Below, piece after piece: positions 28,940-42,449 of a stretch of DNA of 64,000 nt (position 1 is its first letter; each line of letters begins with the position of its first letter). A model generated the notes under the pieces. It saw only the letters and a list, made by a program, of their open reading frames with translations. It did no database searches and was not told where the DNA came from. The stretch is from Haplodiscus bocki. Lineage: Eukaryota. Where the stretch lies: NCBI GenBank assembly GCA_965655095.1, contig OZ296648.1:155682001-155746000 (forward strand). Direction: 5' to 3'. Both the position numbers and the translations under genes were made by a program.

Positions 28940-29730
28940 TTCTGACTGAAAGGAAGAATGTGTATTGAAACCGGCTTATGCTAAATTTTTCAATCCTGTC
29001 CAAAACTTGCATTTTGTGACGTCATCAGAGAATCTAATGGTGTAGTAAAAGTCGAAAGCGACCTTTTTCAGACATTTGGCGGGTACTTCTTTATTTTCGC
29101 GTTGTCGAAAGTGAATTTTTTTAAACATGGTTCTGAAAAAATAAACAGCTAATTGTGTGCTAAAAGGTTATTTTTTACATTACATTTTTTTGAATATCGA
29201 CAGTGTGGCAGGTACTTGTATATTTTGACTGTGTCATCATGCCTTTTTTTGGTTCAACCATTTTACTGCCCTATGATTAAAAAATCCACACACTTTGTGC
29301 ATTGGAAGGTATTTGTTTATTTCCGCATTCCACGTTTTTGATCGTTGGTGTTAAAAAATTGAACAACAGCGTCCTGAAATGTCATGTTTGGCATATCAAA
29401 ATTTTGAGTATGAGATAGTGTGGGGCTGGTACTTTTTTGTTTTTATGATGTAAAATGTGCCAATTTCTTAAACATTAGGCAGTAAAATGGTTAAACCTAG
29501 AAAGACATGATTGAAAGATCCAATTTTTAGTGTGAGACACTGTGACAGTTAGATGTCTCATTTCTTCCTTTTCGAATCAACTTTTGATTGACATTTGGTG
29601 TGGTATTTTTAAAAGTGTGTCAGGTATACTACAATCAAGGTTCAAATGTCTCAGGATCTTTGCTATGCAATGTTCGTTTTTGATCGCAACTGAGAAGGCA
29701 GAATGTGTTGCGAAGTTCCGCTTCGCCCCT
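28940..29730 (+). repeat. Dispersed repeat family A, copy 3 (ZMIZ intron 2)
   Basis: Same blocks with extra internal subunits. Ends ~70 bp before exon 3. Confidence 0.7.
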
Positions 29731-29798
29731 GCATTGGAATTTCCTGAAGAATTATTTGAAGAAGCATTCACAGGAATTAGTTCACTAATATTGTGTAG

Positions 29799-30062
29799 GA
29801 AACCCACATGGGGCTGCACCTCATTACATGATGCATACCAATCAACAACCCCCTCCCCCTGGCGGCCCACTCATGCACTCTAGAATGACCATGAATGCAG
29901 CCACGGCTGTGGGTGATGGAAGTGTGAGAACACCTGGCGGCCAAATGATGTACCAATCCGGAGCTACTAATCCTCACTCTCACGTCTCATCGCCAGCTTA
30001 CAACAATGTGCTCGTCATGCAACAGCAGTCTATGAACCAATCAAATGAGTTCTCAAACTCCG
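29799..30062 (+). CDS. ZMIZ1: ZMIZ-family coding exon 3
   Basis: Acceptor ttgtgtag|GA, donor CCG|gtcagt. Phase 1->1. P/Q/M-rich. Confidence 0.8.
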
Positions 30063-30497
30063 GTCAGTCCTTATGGCTATATTACTTGAAGTGCGTTCTA
30101 TTATATATACATCATGAAATCTAGCGTACTCCGGGGTCCCTTATATCACTTGTGCACAAATTGTTTGCTATCCAAAGTCGGTTTGTGTTGCTATTTTTTG
30201 CACGCTAGCATTTTCCCGCCGAATATTTCATAATTGGGTTGAAAATTATTCGTTCAACACTGTTTTTTTTCTCAAAGAATCTGCCAATTGCACGATCGAG
30301 TCTGTCAGCGTTGGATAACTCTTACTATAAATAGCCTGACGTCATGAAATACTCGATTTTGATTGCACGAGACAAAAAAGCGCGGGGAAATTTTAGCCAG
30401 CAGAAATTGAGTGTTCAAATCTTATTACACTTGCGCAAGCAAGTGTTATACACAGTCTTCGATTTCTTTTATTTCCGATCCGTTTACAACTTTCAAG

Positions 30498-30835
30498 TTC
30501 CTAGATTTTGAGCAAAGGGAGGAGGTAGTGGCCTAGGCTCGAACTTGGGACCGTTCGCGCCGTAGTCGCATGCTCTACTGACTGCCTTTGTCGCTTGAGA
30601 ATCAATGTTTTATTTAAAATAAGATGGGAATGAAATATTATAGCGTTTCTTGCTTGTATGTAAATGTACAATAATTAACTTAGTTTCTGTACACTTGTTA
30701 TCAGTAGTATTCTTAGTATCATGGCCCGTTGAAAAATCAATTATATTTAGTCGATTTGTTGACTAGTATTCCGTTGCTGTAAGTGTTTCGAAGCACAGTT
30801 TAGCCTCTGTGTGAAATAAGTTTTGAAGCATTTAA
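30498..30835 (-). repeat. Dispersed repeat family B with tRNA-like segment, copy 2
   Basis: Minus strand CAGTCAGTAGAGCA...CTACGG...AGTTCGAGCC gives A-box-like and B-box-like motifs. Confidence 0.7.
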
Positions 30836-30989
30836 AAAGGAGACACCAGGCTACCAGATTTTTTCAGACCTCCAGCTTCGTTAGAGATGCTTTTTAGTAG
30901 GATGAAGGTGTTATTTTTGAAAAAACTCCATCAAATTCTCTGATTTATTGCAAAACCTCAAGTTTTGGATGAAAAAAAAACGATCTCAA

Positions 30990-31225
30990 AAAATATCATT
31001 CGATACGCATTCTACAGCAAATTTGCCACATTTGCCGATTTTGGAAAAAGAACTGCGTAAGTATTTGACAAATCTTTATTTCAGTTGCATGCAGCGGCAA
31101 ATTTGCTATGATTTGGTGATAAACTTCAAATTCAGAACCGTCGGACATCGAACATTTTCAATTGACAAGTAAACGTAAAAAACGCTCACGTTGAGTGGAT
31201 CATTTTCCTTCCATATTTAAATATA
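30990..31225 (+). repeat. Dispersed repeat family C (GCATTCTACAGCAAATTTG)
   Basis: Reverse-complement copies at ~13333-13500 and ~13950-14105, and a fragment at ~40972-40990. Confidence 0.65.
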
Positions 31226-32656
31226 GGCTGAAAATAACAAAGTTGAAAAGCAAAGGAATGTCAACACACTCTCGTTCATTACACACTGCCTAGGAATCGC
31301 AATAGTATAGAAACCGACGGACGTTGCCATTTTTGAATATGCGAAATGTTTGTTGTCACACGAAAATTTTCAGTGTTTATATCTTTTGGTACATTTAGAA
31401 GGGTATGCGGTATCATGCAGAATAATTCCTCAGAAACATAAGACCCATGATATTAATTTCTGAAAAAAATGGCAAAAGAACGAGGTTTAATCTGTTGTAC
31501 GGAGAATCTTTCGAAGATGTCAAGCGCAATTAAACGAGTGCATCTATGAAAAGCTATGGAAAGTTCATCTATCGACAGAGATGCTGGAATCCGCCGCATG
31601 AAAAGGGATCTATTTCATTTGCTGCTTGCCGTAAGAGCGTAGGACGAAATGTATGCCGATTCCAAAAAAGATGTGCTGTCCGGTGCACAAAAATCATTAG
31701 TGACATTAGCAAACCTAACGCTACGCAACGGCACCAGTGAAAAATGGTTGAGGAATCGTTTCTTGACCGTATTGCGCCGCGAGAGAATCAAAAGGTTCTA
31801 TTCCTTGAGCATAGGCAGGTCTAGTGTCTTCTACTTCCTAATGTTCGACATCTTTGTTCTTTGAACTGTGAGAAATAATTGAAAAATCTGGTTTATTCTA
31901 ATTTGACAATCAATCAACAAAGGCTTCTAGAAATTTGAAATACTTTCCAATGTTTTCGTATTAACTGCGAAATTACAGAAAACAACGTCAGTTTCAGTAA
32001 AACTGCTAGCGATGTCTAACCGTCCCTCACGATACTTTAGCTAAGTCGGGAGAAGACGTTCACTAAACTATTTCCACCAGAAGCAGAACTTCCATTGAAG
32101 CTGTAAAGAAAATTTGAGGACGTAAAGTAACCAAATTACAGCTCAGAGTCAGCTGAGAGGTTCAAGCAAACCCTTTGCTTTCCGTGTAGATCAAGAATCC
32201 TGCAGCTGAGAACCGACCTCTTTGTGAAGCAGTATTTCGATTGATGAGAGTGTCGCGAGTAGCCCGTTCATGATATACGTAAATGCGCGATGGTATTCAC
32301 TTTTCTGTAACCGATCGACATTCATGTCGACTCAAAACAGAGTAATCATTGCAGGCAACATCTTCAGAGTTTCAACGAGAGCCACCTGGTGGCAATCTCC
32401 GTACATTTTGCCTGTTCTCAGACGTTCACCAGTCCCTAGACGTTTTACAAAATGCCGAAGCTCCGATGGTTAATCTTGTCGACGAAATCGCTGAAGTTTC
32501 TATTCGACTGTAGTGGCAACTGTCACCTTGAGAATGAGAAATTACACGTGTTAGTTGTCTTTCGTATTTCCTGCATCGACCAAGAGGATGTGTACCAGCC
32601 CATGCTCTGGAGCCCTCGAGGTGAAATCAATTTTGAAAATATCCAGGATGTCGTTA

Positions 32657-33595
32657 TTTTACGCCGCATATGTAATATGCAAGAAACATTATTCATTCAA
32701 TAGGGTCGTTTTTCTTTTTTTTTCAGACCAAAATTGCCAACTCTTTTTATTCAAAAATAAATGACAGCAGTAGGCTTAGGACAACAAGGTTCTCAAGCAG
32801 TAAGTTCGGGGTTCGAGTCACTGGCGTGCCAAATAATTTTACGATTTATTCCCAACATTTTTCGATACCCGAAATTAGTGAAACACTAAAGGGTTCCCCT
32901 ACGAAAATTTTCGGCACTGTGAGACCAAAATTTTTTGACGCAAAAACATACCCCCTATTATGCGAAAAAAATTTTCGATACCCCAAATTTTCTGAAACAT
33001 TGAAGGGATGCCCAAGAAATTTTTCGGCACTGTGAGACCAAATTTTTCGACGGAAAAACGTGATACCCCGCGTTTTCATCCATATAACTTTTCGAAACCA
33101 GAAATTTTTTCAAAAACAGTAGGATTCCCTTACGAAAGTTTTCGGCTCTGTGAGACACAAGAATTTCGACTGAAAATCGTGATATGCCCCCACTTATCCA
33201 TAATTTTTTTTCGATATCAGAAATTTTCTGGAAAACAGAGGGGTTCCTTTACAAAGCTTTTCGTTTCGAGACAAAAAGTTTTCGACGGAAAATTTGGATA
33301 ACCCCCCCCCCCCCCCCCCCTCCTATCCCTAGCATTTTTCGATAACAGATGTTTTCTGAAACACAGAAGGGTTCCTCGACGAAATTTTTCGGCACTGTGA
33401 GACGAAAATTTTTCAAGGGAAAATCGTGATACCCTTTTGCATAAAGTACAGAAATCAGTGGTGGAATTGATGTTTGTAAAATTTCTTTGAAAACTAATAT
33501 CAAAACAGTAGTTTTGTGTTTAACCGTTTGCAAAAATTGATCAAAATATTTGTAGTTGGGCGAAAAATATGCCGGTGCTAGCCGGCCGTCTTGTT
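32657..33595 (+). mobile_element. Helentron-associated non-autonomous element (HINE-like), copy 1, with ~85-bp minisatellite core
   Basis: 5' T-run plus GCATAT-gta-ATATGC palindrome. 3' ATATGCCGGTGCTAGCCGGC hairpin plus CGTCTTGTT. Internal tandem units contain TTTTCGGCACTGTGAGAC. Confidence 0.7.
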
Positions 33596-33596
33596 A

Positions 33597-35141
33597 TTTT
33601 TCGCAGCTTATGTAATATGCAAGAAAAATTATTCATTCAGTAGGGTCGTTTCTCTTTTTTTTATCAGTCCAAAATTGCCAACTCTTTTTATTGAAAAATA
33701 ATTGACAGGAGTAGGGTTAGGACAACAGCGTTCTCAAGCAGTAGGTTTGGGGTTCGAGTCTCTGTCGTGCCAATTATTTTTACGATGTATCCTCAACATT
33801 TTTTGATACCGGAAATAAGTGAAACATTAAAGGGTTCCTTTACGAAGTTTTTCGGCACTGTAAGACAAAAACTTGTCGACGGAAAATTGTGATACCCCCT
33901 ATTATGCATAAAACTTTTCTATATCCCCAATTTTTCTGAAACATTGGAAGGATGCCCACGAAGTTTTTCGGCACTGTGAGACATAAAAATTTCGACTGAA
34001 AATCGTGATATGCCCCCTGTTATCCATAAATTTCTTTCGATACCAAAATTTTTGTGGAAAACAGAAGGGTTCCTTTACAAAACTTTTCGTTTCGGTCCTC
34101 TGAGACAAAAAATTCGACAAAACCGTGATGCCCCCCCCCTCCTATGCTTTGTGATACCCCCTATTATGCATAAAATTTTTCGATACCGCAATTTTTCTGA
34201 AACTTTGAAGGGATGCCCACGAAATTTTTCGGCACTGTGAGACTAAAACTTTTTCGACGCAAAAACGTTATACCCCCTATTATGCATTAAAATTTTTCGA
34301 TACCCCAAATTTTCTGAAAGATTGAAGGGATGCCCACGAAATTTTTCGGCACTGTGAGACCAAAATTTTCGACGGAAAAACGTGATACCCCGCGTTTTCA
34401 TCCATATAACTTTTCGAAACCAGAAATTTTTTCAAAAACAGTAGGATTCCCTTACGAAAGTTTTCGGCTCTGTGAGACACAAAAATTTCGACTGAAAATC
34501 GTGGTATGCCCCCTCCTATCCATAAATTTTTTTCGATATCAGAAATTTTCTGGAAAACAGAGGGGTTCCTTTACAAAGCTTTTCGTTTCGGTGCTGTGAG
34601 ACAAAAAATTTTCGACAAAACCGTGAAGTTTCCCCCATACTTTGCTTTTTTCGATACCAGAATTCTTTCGAAACAGAAGTGTTCTCCTACGAATTTTATC
34701 GGCACTGTGAGACAATTTTTCCACGGAGTTTAGTGATATCTCCTTCTTTTGCATAAAATTTTGCGATACACGAAATTTTCCGATACACCGAAGTGTTCCC
34801 CAACGAAATTTTTCGGTACTGTGTGAAAAAAGTTTTAGACGGAGAAATGTGATACCCCCCTCTCTGATGCTTAAAGTTTTTCGATACCCGAATTTTTCCG
34901 ATACACCGAAGTGTTCCCCAACGAAATTTTTCGGTACTGTGAGACATAAAATTTTGAAGGAAAAGTCGTGATAACCCCTCTTTTGCATAAAGTACAGAAA
35001 TCAGTGGTGGAATTGATGTTTGTAGAAAACTTTTGTAAACTAGCTTTTAAACACTAGTCTCGTTCTTAATTGTGGGCAAATGTTGATGAAAATATTTGTA
35101 TTCCTGCGAAAAATATGCCGGTGCTAGCCGGCCGCCTTGTT
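33597..35141 (+). mobile_element. HINE-like copy 2, head-to-tail with copy 1, longer array
   Basis: Same 5' block (tatgtaatatgcaaga...tagggtcg) and same 3' end (ATATGCCGGTGCTAGCCGGCCGCCTTGTT), with more tandem units. Confidence 0.7.
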
Positions 35142-38100
35142 AAATTTTCGTTCAAATTGTCTTCAAATTTTCAAATCATTCCACAGCAATTTTACTTTTA
35201 ATTTCATCGAATTTTGTAATTTCTCACCCAAAATATAAAGCAAGTTGGCTTGCTTTGTATGTCATAATTCTTTTTCAAATCAATTAAGAATGATGTTCAG
35301 AGAGTATCCAAAAATAGATCTGAGTAATTCCAAACTAAATTAGAATGGTCCGTCTTCAAGAAGTCAGCCGACAAAGAGAAAAGAGGGTATACGATGCAGT
35401 AAATTTTACAGAAGGGGCTTTAGTTGGAATATAATTAAGTTACTGATAACATTTCAGACCGAGCAACATGGCTTAGGCAGAATCTTGAACTTTTAAGCTC
35501 AAACTTTTGAACCCTTGAGTGTTGTTGACTTCCTTCAAGTCTACCCTCTAGACAGACTTGCTTGAATATTTTGTGTTTGCTAATCCTAATGTCGGTAACT
35601 GTTGTGTAACCTCAAAGCTAACAAAATAGGTTCGTTTATTACTTTACAATGCCAGGATTAATTTTGATCCCAATTTTTTAATCAACTTTTTGACTGCTTC
35701 CTGGTTTGATGTCTGCAACCTGCAAAATCTTTATGGTGTTGATTGATTTATTGAAAGATAAGCAATCACCATGGCTTGCTCCTTCGATATATAAAAATCA
35801 TTTTAGGCTAATTAAATGACCTGTTTAAATCCTGTTTTGCCCTTCTGCTTCAAAGGCCTTTTCAATTTATCCATTGCCATTTTGCGATGTAGGTCGATAT
35901 TGCGGCTTGAATGGTGGTGTCGGAACATTTGCATGGATTTTAAAGGGATTTTAAATCCATTGATGATAACTAGGGTGGCCGTCGTAAGTCTCGGATTTGG
36001 GGATAAATTGCCATCTCTATTTTACAATCATTATTCCATGCAGAAAATGCCTGTCTGTTTAAATTCGGTTAAATTGATTTTAACAACGTCCATTACCAAT
36101 GAAGAGCATTGTTCCAAAAATCTTCGTCAATACCGAAAGTTTACTGGGGTTATAACTTGTGATGACCATTTTTAAAATCAAAAATGTTTTTTTAATCAAA
36201 ATGATTCTGAGAAATTAGTGAAATAATTCCAATTATACAAGATGAGGATACATTGAAACAAATTAGGGTCTTGTACAAATCCATGTTGATCGAGAGGCGT
36301 TGCACAGCCGGAACAAGTAGCTGGCTTTTGTCGTCATTCGACAAGTAAGACGCTTTTGGGAAACCTCTCTGCGTAAGCATGCACGGTAAGTTGGCTAATG
36401 GCGGATAATTGAGGGATAACTATCACAATTGAAGTACCATGGAGTAGTGAATCTTTCAGTTAATACATGCACAAACGTAGCAAGCAAAAGAAAAGTGGCA
36501 CTGAAGAGTAGACAATTCGAAGGAGTCTCAAAAGAAAGCACGAAAAGTCCAATGTATGGTCACGCGCGTCACCAAAAAGACACCTGGTTAATTACTTCCA
36601 GGATATTATTCTTCTATAAAATTAACGAAAACTAATTGCTTGGATGACTGGGTCCGTGTACCTGTCTTGTACGACCGGACCTCGCGAGTATTTCTGCGTT
36701 AACTCCAAGTCTAGAAGTCTCGCGAAACTATTAGCTCGATCTTAATTGGTTGAGAGCTTGTGACCTCACAGGCACATGACCCTATGGGAATAGAAAATAG
36801 AATACTAGTTCTGCTGCGCCTTTGTTGAATTGGTTATAGTGAAAAAAAAACAATTGAGAATATTGGCGTGATGATTTTGCTTCCATAGAAATATGGGTGG
36901 AATTATTTCTTACGTTCCCCCCGGAAATGCGGTATTACTGCTGTGAAACCAATTGGATCTAATTTATAATCGTTTTTATTCGAAACTTATACGGTCAAAA
37001 TAGTTGAGCGGTTTGACTGCAGCTACTTCGCCTTTGAGAAAATAATAGGGGGATTTTTCTTAGTTTCTTTCCAATAATTATCCGCGGTTGAAAGGTAGCA
37101 ACTAAATGCAAGCTTTATTTGATTCGGTGCAGCCCATTGATACTTTCCGTTTCTTAGCTTGGGGCTCACTTATTGTAAATGCTGGTCCAATTTCCACGCT
37201 GTCTCCATAGATGCATTTTACTGCTATCCAAATGTGTTTTTGTGGCGAAAAAGGAAGATGGCAGTAGAGGACGACGGATTATAGCTGCTTTCCGTCATGT
37301 AACAGCAATCTCGGCTGTGATTATTTTGCTGTCTTCAAATGCATTTGATCACATTCATTAACCAGTCTTGCCCTCATTCACTCCCGTTACCAAAGCGCTG
37401 CTAGACAATGAGCATTGTATTCGCGAATTGCAAAGCTGCTGAAAGTCTTGTTGCTAAAGAAAATAATATGATGGAAAAAAGAAGAGGAAATGGATTTTGA
37501 TACACGTGCAACTTGGATATATCTATCTTCTAATATCCCGACCCCAGTTAAATATCTCCTTTTGTCTTCATTTTTTGTGTCCCCAGTTCTCGCTCCTTAT
37601 TCTGCTCCCCTTTGATTTGTAGTTGGATTGTGGGCTGATTAGAAGCAAGGAGAGACAGCTTTTTATTATCACTCTAATTGCAGTCTTAATGAAACACATC
37701 CATTGTGTCCGCCTTCTCCCAATACATATACAATCATCATCACCCGCAGAATCATGAACACAGGCATACATACACACAAAGACACGCGCGAGCCAGTACC
37801 CACCTCTGTTTCATTATAAAGGATGCGAGGAGGCTAAGGACGAGAACGACAGATACCTGTCCACATTTGACTGCAACCTTCTCCTCCTCTTATGCTGTAA
37901 CCTGTAAACCGCACATATGTGCAGATGTGAATTTATGGCCTTAGTTTTTGGTTACAGCGGATATCATTTCGGTGGAACAAATTTTGGTTTTAATTTCAAA
38001 ATGACTTGTGATAGGCTTGCGGAACAGTAAACAATTAGATCTTTTCTACAAATCCCGAATTTCTTGACTTTCTCATAGAGAATACTATGGTGTAGAAAAT

Positions 38101-41100
38101 GAAAGACTTTTTGAAAGGCAATATACAGAACAAAGAGTTCCATGATGTGGACAGCTGAGCACAAGTTTTAAGTGCCGTTCAAAAACTCGGGCATTAGAGG
38201 TTACGACGGATTTCTACTTGAGCCGTACTGGGTTGGTGACAAATGGAGTTTACTTATTCATATAAAGCATCAAAAAGGATTTTTTCGAGCACTTTTGGTG
38301 CTGAACATAGAAGACTGACAGGCCTATAATTCTCTGCATTCCGACGATTTCTGCATTCTGAAAAACTGGAAAAATTGACAAAGTTGTTAAAATTTCCAAA
38401 AATGGTGGTCTCAAACTTTCTGACTATTCGTCAGATTTTCATCAAATAAAAACCTTTGTAATCGTATCAAAATTCTAAGAAACTTCTGTTCCTGATACTT
38501 TTTTCTTAACGTTTATGGTTTTTGATGGTTTTTGGAAATTTCGAGGTTCATAAAGACCAAATTTTGCTTAGGAGTTCACTTAAAATCAGTACTGTATTTG
38601 TGTTGAGCTCACTCAATCAACGAGCAATTTAGTCAGATCTTCTGGATCTGCGAATTCGGGTTTCATTTTGGTGTAGCATCATTTTTTAACGATTCACAGT
38701 CTCTATGTACTTTTCAATTTTCTCCCAAATCTTTCACACCAGTGATGGCATTAGTGTAGGTAGTGAATTCATGTTTTCTAAATCAAAGCAGTGTGGCTGT
38801 CCCCAGAAAAAGTCAACTTAGCAAGTTAATTGATATGAAAAATAGCTGCATTTATACTGCAAATAGCTCAAATTTCCTGTCGAAGTTGAACAACAATGCG
38901 CTCTTCTAATTTACCTTATCACCAATTTGTACTTCCCACTTTCCATTTATAGAATTCAAGTAAAGATTTTCTTTAAGATTATTCGCAAAGCCCTTCGAAA
39001 TTGCTGACGTCGATGCACCCATGAAAGGCGGCAAAAATTGAGGAAAAATTCATTGTAGTACTCGACTGCAGCTTATTTTTTCCTTCTGATTTTTTTGGTA
39101 GACATTTTTGTTTTCATCTTTAACGTAATCAGAACTTTTTGACGTCATCAAAAATAGGCAGTGGATTGATTATGGGCAAATTTGACGCGACGTCTAAACG
39201 GACTGAAATGTTTCCTCTTCATGCGAGGAATGCATTTAGGTTATAGCGATCAAAAGTTGTAACGTAATACGTGAAGGTTAGCGGAGTGCATGTTTCTTTT
39301 GCGCGTACATGATGATGCATTGATGTGCTGCTGTGCGTAGACTTGGAAGGAGAATTGGGCACTGATAGATAAGTATTGGGAATTTAGAAACGAAGAAGAG
39401 AAAGGGTAAAAACAAGAGGGTAAGAACAAAGGTTGTCCCGTTAAATGATGTGCTGTTGTTCAGTCGAGATATGAGATTTGAAAAATAAGTTCAGTATGTA
39501 GTCAATTCAGTTCAGTGAGTATTCGAACGAAATTTAAACGGGTTTATTAAGTTCTTAAATTCATTAGCGACATTAAATACACAATGATACTGCGGCTCCT
39601 GCTAGAAGGTACTGCTCAATAATGATGATTCGCGTTTAATTGGGAATACGCAAAAACAAAGGATTTGTGAAAATTGGATGCAAAGCTTACTTTAGCAAGT
39701 CTACTTTTTGCTTTTGTCACGGAAATTCGTCTCGACAAAGCTCATTACAATTACTTATGCTGCAATTTTAGGGCCAATATCGCACCAGGTGATCAGCAGC
39801 ACATGTTTTCTTCCTTCTTCCTAGCGAATAATATGCCGCCATTTCAAGTTATTCACCTTAGTGGGTGGTTTCGTTCCTCTTGTTTGAAAATTCTTTGAAA
39901 AAAATCTAATAAACATACATAGTTTTCATCCTTTCATGACCAAATTATTTTTTGAAAGGCCGGTTTACTCATTAATATATCTGCTTTTTAACCTCACTGT
40001 CTGAGGAAAACGCAACAAGTGTTAACGTAAAATAAAGTTTTTCATAACGTTTAGTATTGTACGACTATAGCAATCTATTTTTCCTCATTTTATTGGGGTT
40101 TTGGGTTTAACTGCTGACGAATTGCGTTGATAGTGTTGTATATTATTGTTCTTCCAGCCAAGAGTGGAATTGCATTTACTTTTTTGAAAAAATGCCTCAG
40201 TCAATGTATTATATCGCATGGAATTTTATGTTGCAATTTTATCCAGCAAAGCTATCACTTTTTGTTCTGTGAAAATGAATTCTGCTTTATGAATTACGTG
40301 TTAAGTTCAGTGGGGCCTTCAATTTTGTGAAATGAAGTATTGCACGTATCAATTATTAGAAGCGCCCTTCATTTGGAGCAGATATATTTAGCAGTCAAAC
40401 AAGACAGTTCAACCGACCTTCCTACTAGTACTGCTGCTCTAATTTAAGCTCTTAATGGATGAATAACTGCTGTTCACAAAGTCATTTCTGCATTATCATG
40501 GAACAATGGTATCGATCCGAAAATACACGTTTGTAACTGATTGCGAATTTCACACAGCTTTTTTGCCATCAATTATGTTTTTTCAGATCCAATTGTGGAA
40601 CCTGATGTACTAAATTTCATTTTGATTTTCCGCCTCTACATTTTATATGGAAAGCAAAATTGTTCAATCACTAGTGGCGTTTTTCTTTTTTTTTCAGACA
40701 CGTTTTGCCAAATTAGAATTCTCATTTGTAATGTGAATTTGTTTACTTCTAATGACAATTTGTTCACTTTTTGATCATAACTATCACCCACAATAACCAC
40801 CATAAGCAAAATTGCACGCTACAATTTTTTTGTTCTGCCAAATTGTATAATTCGACTAATATAACAGCTCTTCCCAACAAAGTGTTTTTCTTGCCGGAAA
40901 TAAGGCCTTTTTGGTAAAAGTTCATAATTTTCAAGTTTTACAGCAGTTTATTTATTTTTTATACCAATTTCCAAATTTGCTGTCGAATGCCATTGATATA
41001 CTAGTTTTTCTCGCAAGAATTTAGGATTTTTGTTGAGAAAAATTGAGGAAGAAGTTTCAATTTTTCGAGTATTGAGGCAAACTGAATAATTTTTTGGTTT

Positions 41101-42087
41101 GAAGTGCCATTTTTTTAACGTTTGTCGCCGAATTTGTAAGGCGGAAAATATGCCGGAGTTTGCCAGACGTCTTGTTATATATTAATTTTAATAGAAATTT
41201 TGTTGCTATACTGCTGTATATAGTATAGATGGTAAGTAAAATAATCGCAAAACCTGCAGTGGTCAAAGATTTTGTATGAGTAGTGTTTCTGTTAGAAAAT
41301 CCATATAGTGTGCATATAGAGGAGTGTAATCTATCAAAATTGTGCACCAAGAGGGACCCTTTGTGTTGAAACGTGTTTACGCAGTCTCTGCTCCTATATT
41401 ATACATTAGGTAGTCAGGTGATATCACTCGAATATCACTTAATTGGCAGAAATCCTCAAAAAATTCAAAAAATGCCGTCTGAATTGAATGTGTACTTGCA
41501 TATATAAATATGTGACAGAATAAAAAACTTGAACGACAAGAAATATGGGCACAGAAACTTCTAAAGCCTGAGTAAAGAATATATTTTACAATCGCTAGTT
41601 GATATGAAAGGTTCACTTCAGATGCTCTATTTTGCCCTAACCATTTAAGTTTAGAGTCGAAAATGAAAATTTTCCTGTCTGCCGTGTTATATTGTGCATT
41701 ATCTTATGTAATAAATAATTAATAGTTCAATTTAGTCAGCATAAAATTGAAAGAACAACGAAATTGTTTAAAATCTAGTTTAAAATCAAAATATGGGCTG
41801 TCTTAATGCCTGTGCGTGGTGCTTCTTCCAAAAATGGTTTGGGTTCAAAATTTATCTACCTCCTTTATCGAAAATACTGCAAATAAGCGTTTGCTAGAAT
41901 TTAAACAGTAGACTCCAGGTGATTCGTGTGGGGTTTGAAACTAGTCCAAAAAATCTTGTTCAAAGATCCAGGCAATTAAACGGGTCTTGTTTTGAAATGA
42001 AATTGTTCGGACGTTAACAGAGTTCTGAACGAACCAAAATCCGCATTGTATAAAACTGTTCTTGAGACGGTTTTGTTTGTGTTTCAG

Positions 42088-42449
42088 CAATGATGCAGCA
42101 GCAGAACGCGGTAGCAGCTGCAGATTTTATGAATTCAGCTGTTGCGGCGGCGGGTTCTGCAGCCGATTTCATGACGTCAGCAGCTGCAGCCCAGCAACAA
42201 CAACAGCAGTTACTAATGGCCAATCAGAGCAACATGCATCATGCAAGTGCGGCAGCTACAAATGGCCATCATGCCATGGTACACCAGTCCACTCAGTCTG
42301 CAACGGGCTTGCATGGGGTGGCTCATCATGGTAACAGTGGACCCCCTCAAGGAAGCGGACAACTGCAGAACATGGCGGCTGCTGTCGCCGCCGCTACTGC
42401 AACTGCCACCGCTACTGCCACAGCCACGGCTGCTTTACATGAAAACCCG
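42088..42449 (+). CDS. ZMIZ1: ZMIZ-family coding exon 4 (Ala/Thr-rich motif)
   Basis: Acceptor gtgtttcag|CA, donor CCG|gtttgt. Phase 1->0. Encodes AAAVAAATATATATATATAALHE, the hallmark ZMIZ1/2 alanine-rich ATATATAT motif. Confidence 0.9.

Noticed and set aside
31850-32650. Coding-like composition suggesting a decayed TE or gene fragment (similar stretches at ~7000-8250 and ~35700-36400)
   Set aside because: The frames I translated gave no recognisable motif. A blastx search would be needed.
32763-32831. Functional tRNA genes (here, 33704-33772, 30523-30597, 6366-6442)
   Set aside because: Acceptor and anticodon stems do not pair properly, and all lie inside repeats.
32826-34988. Cluster of 66-149 aa ORFs; also considered as a CRISPR-like array
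   Set aside because: The ORFs are translations of the minisatellite. The units are degenerate tandem repeats without unique spacers, there are no cas genes, and the context is a eukaryotic intron.
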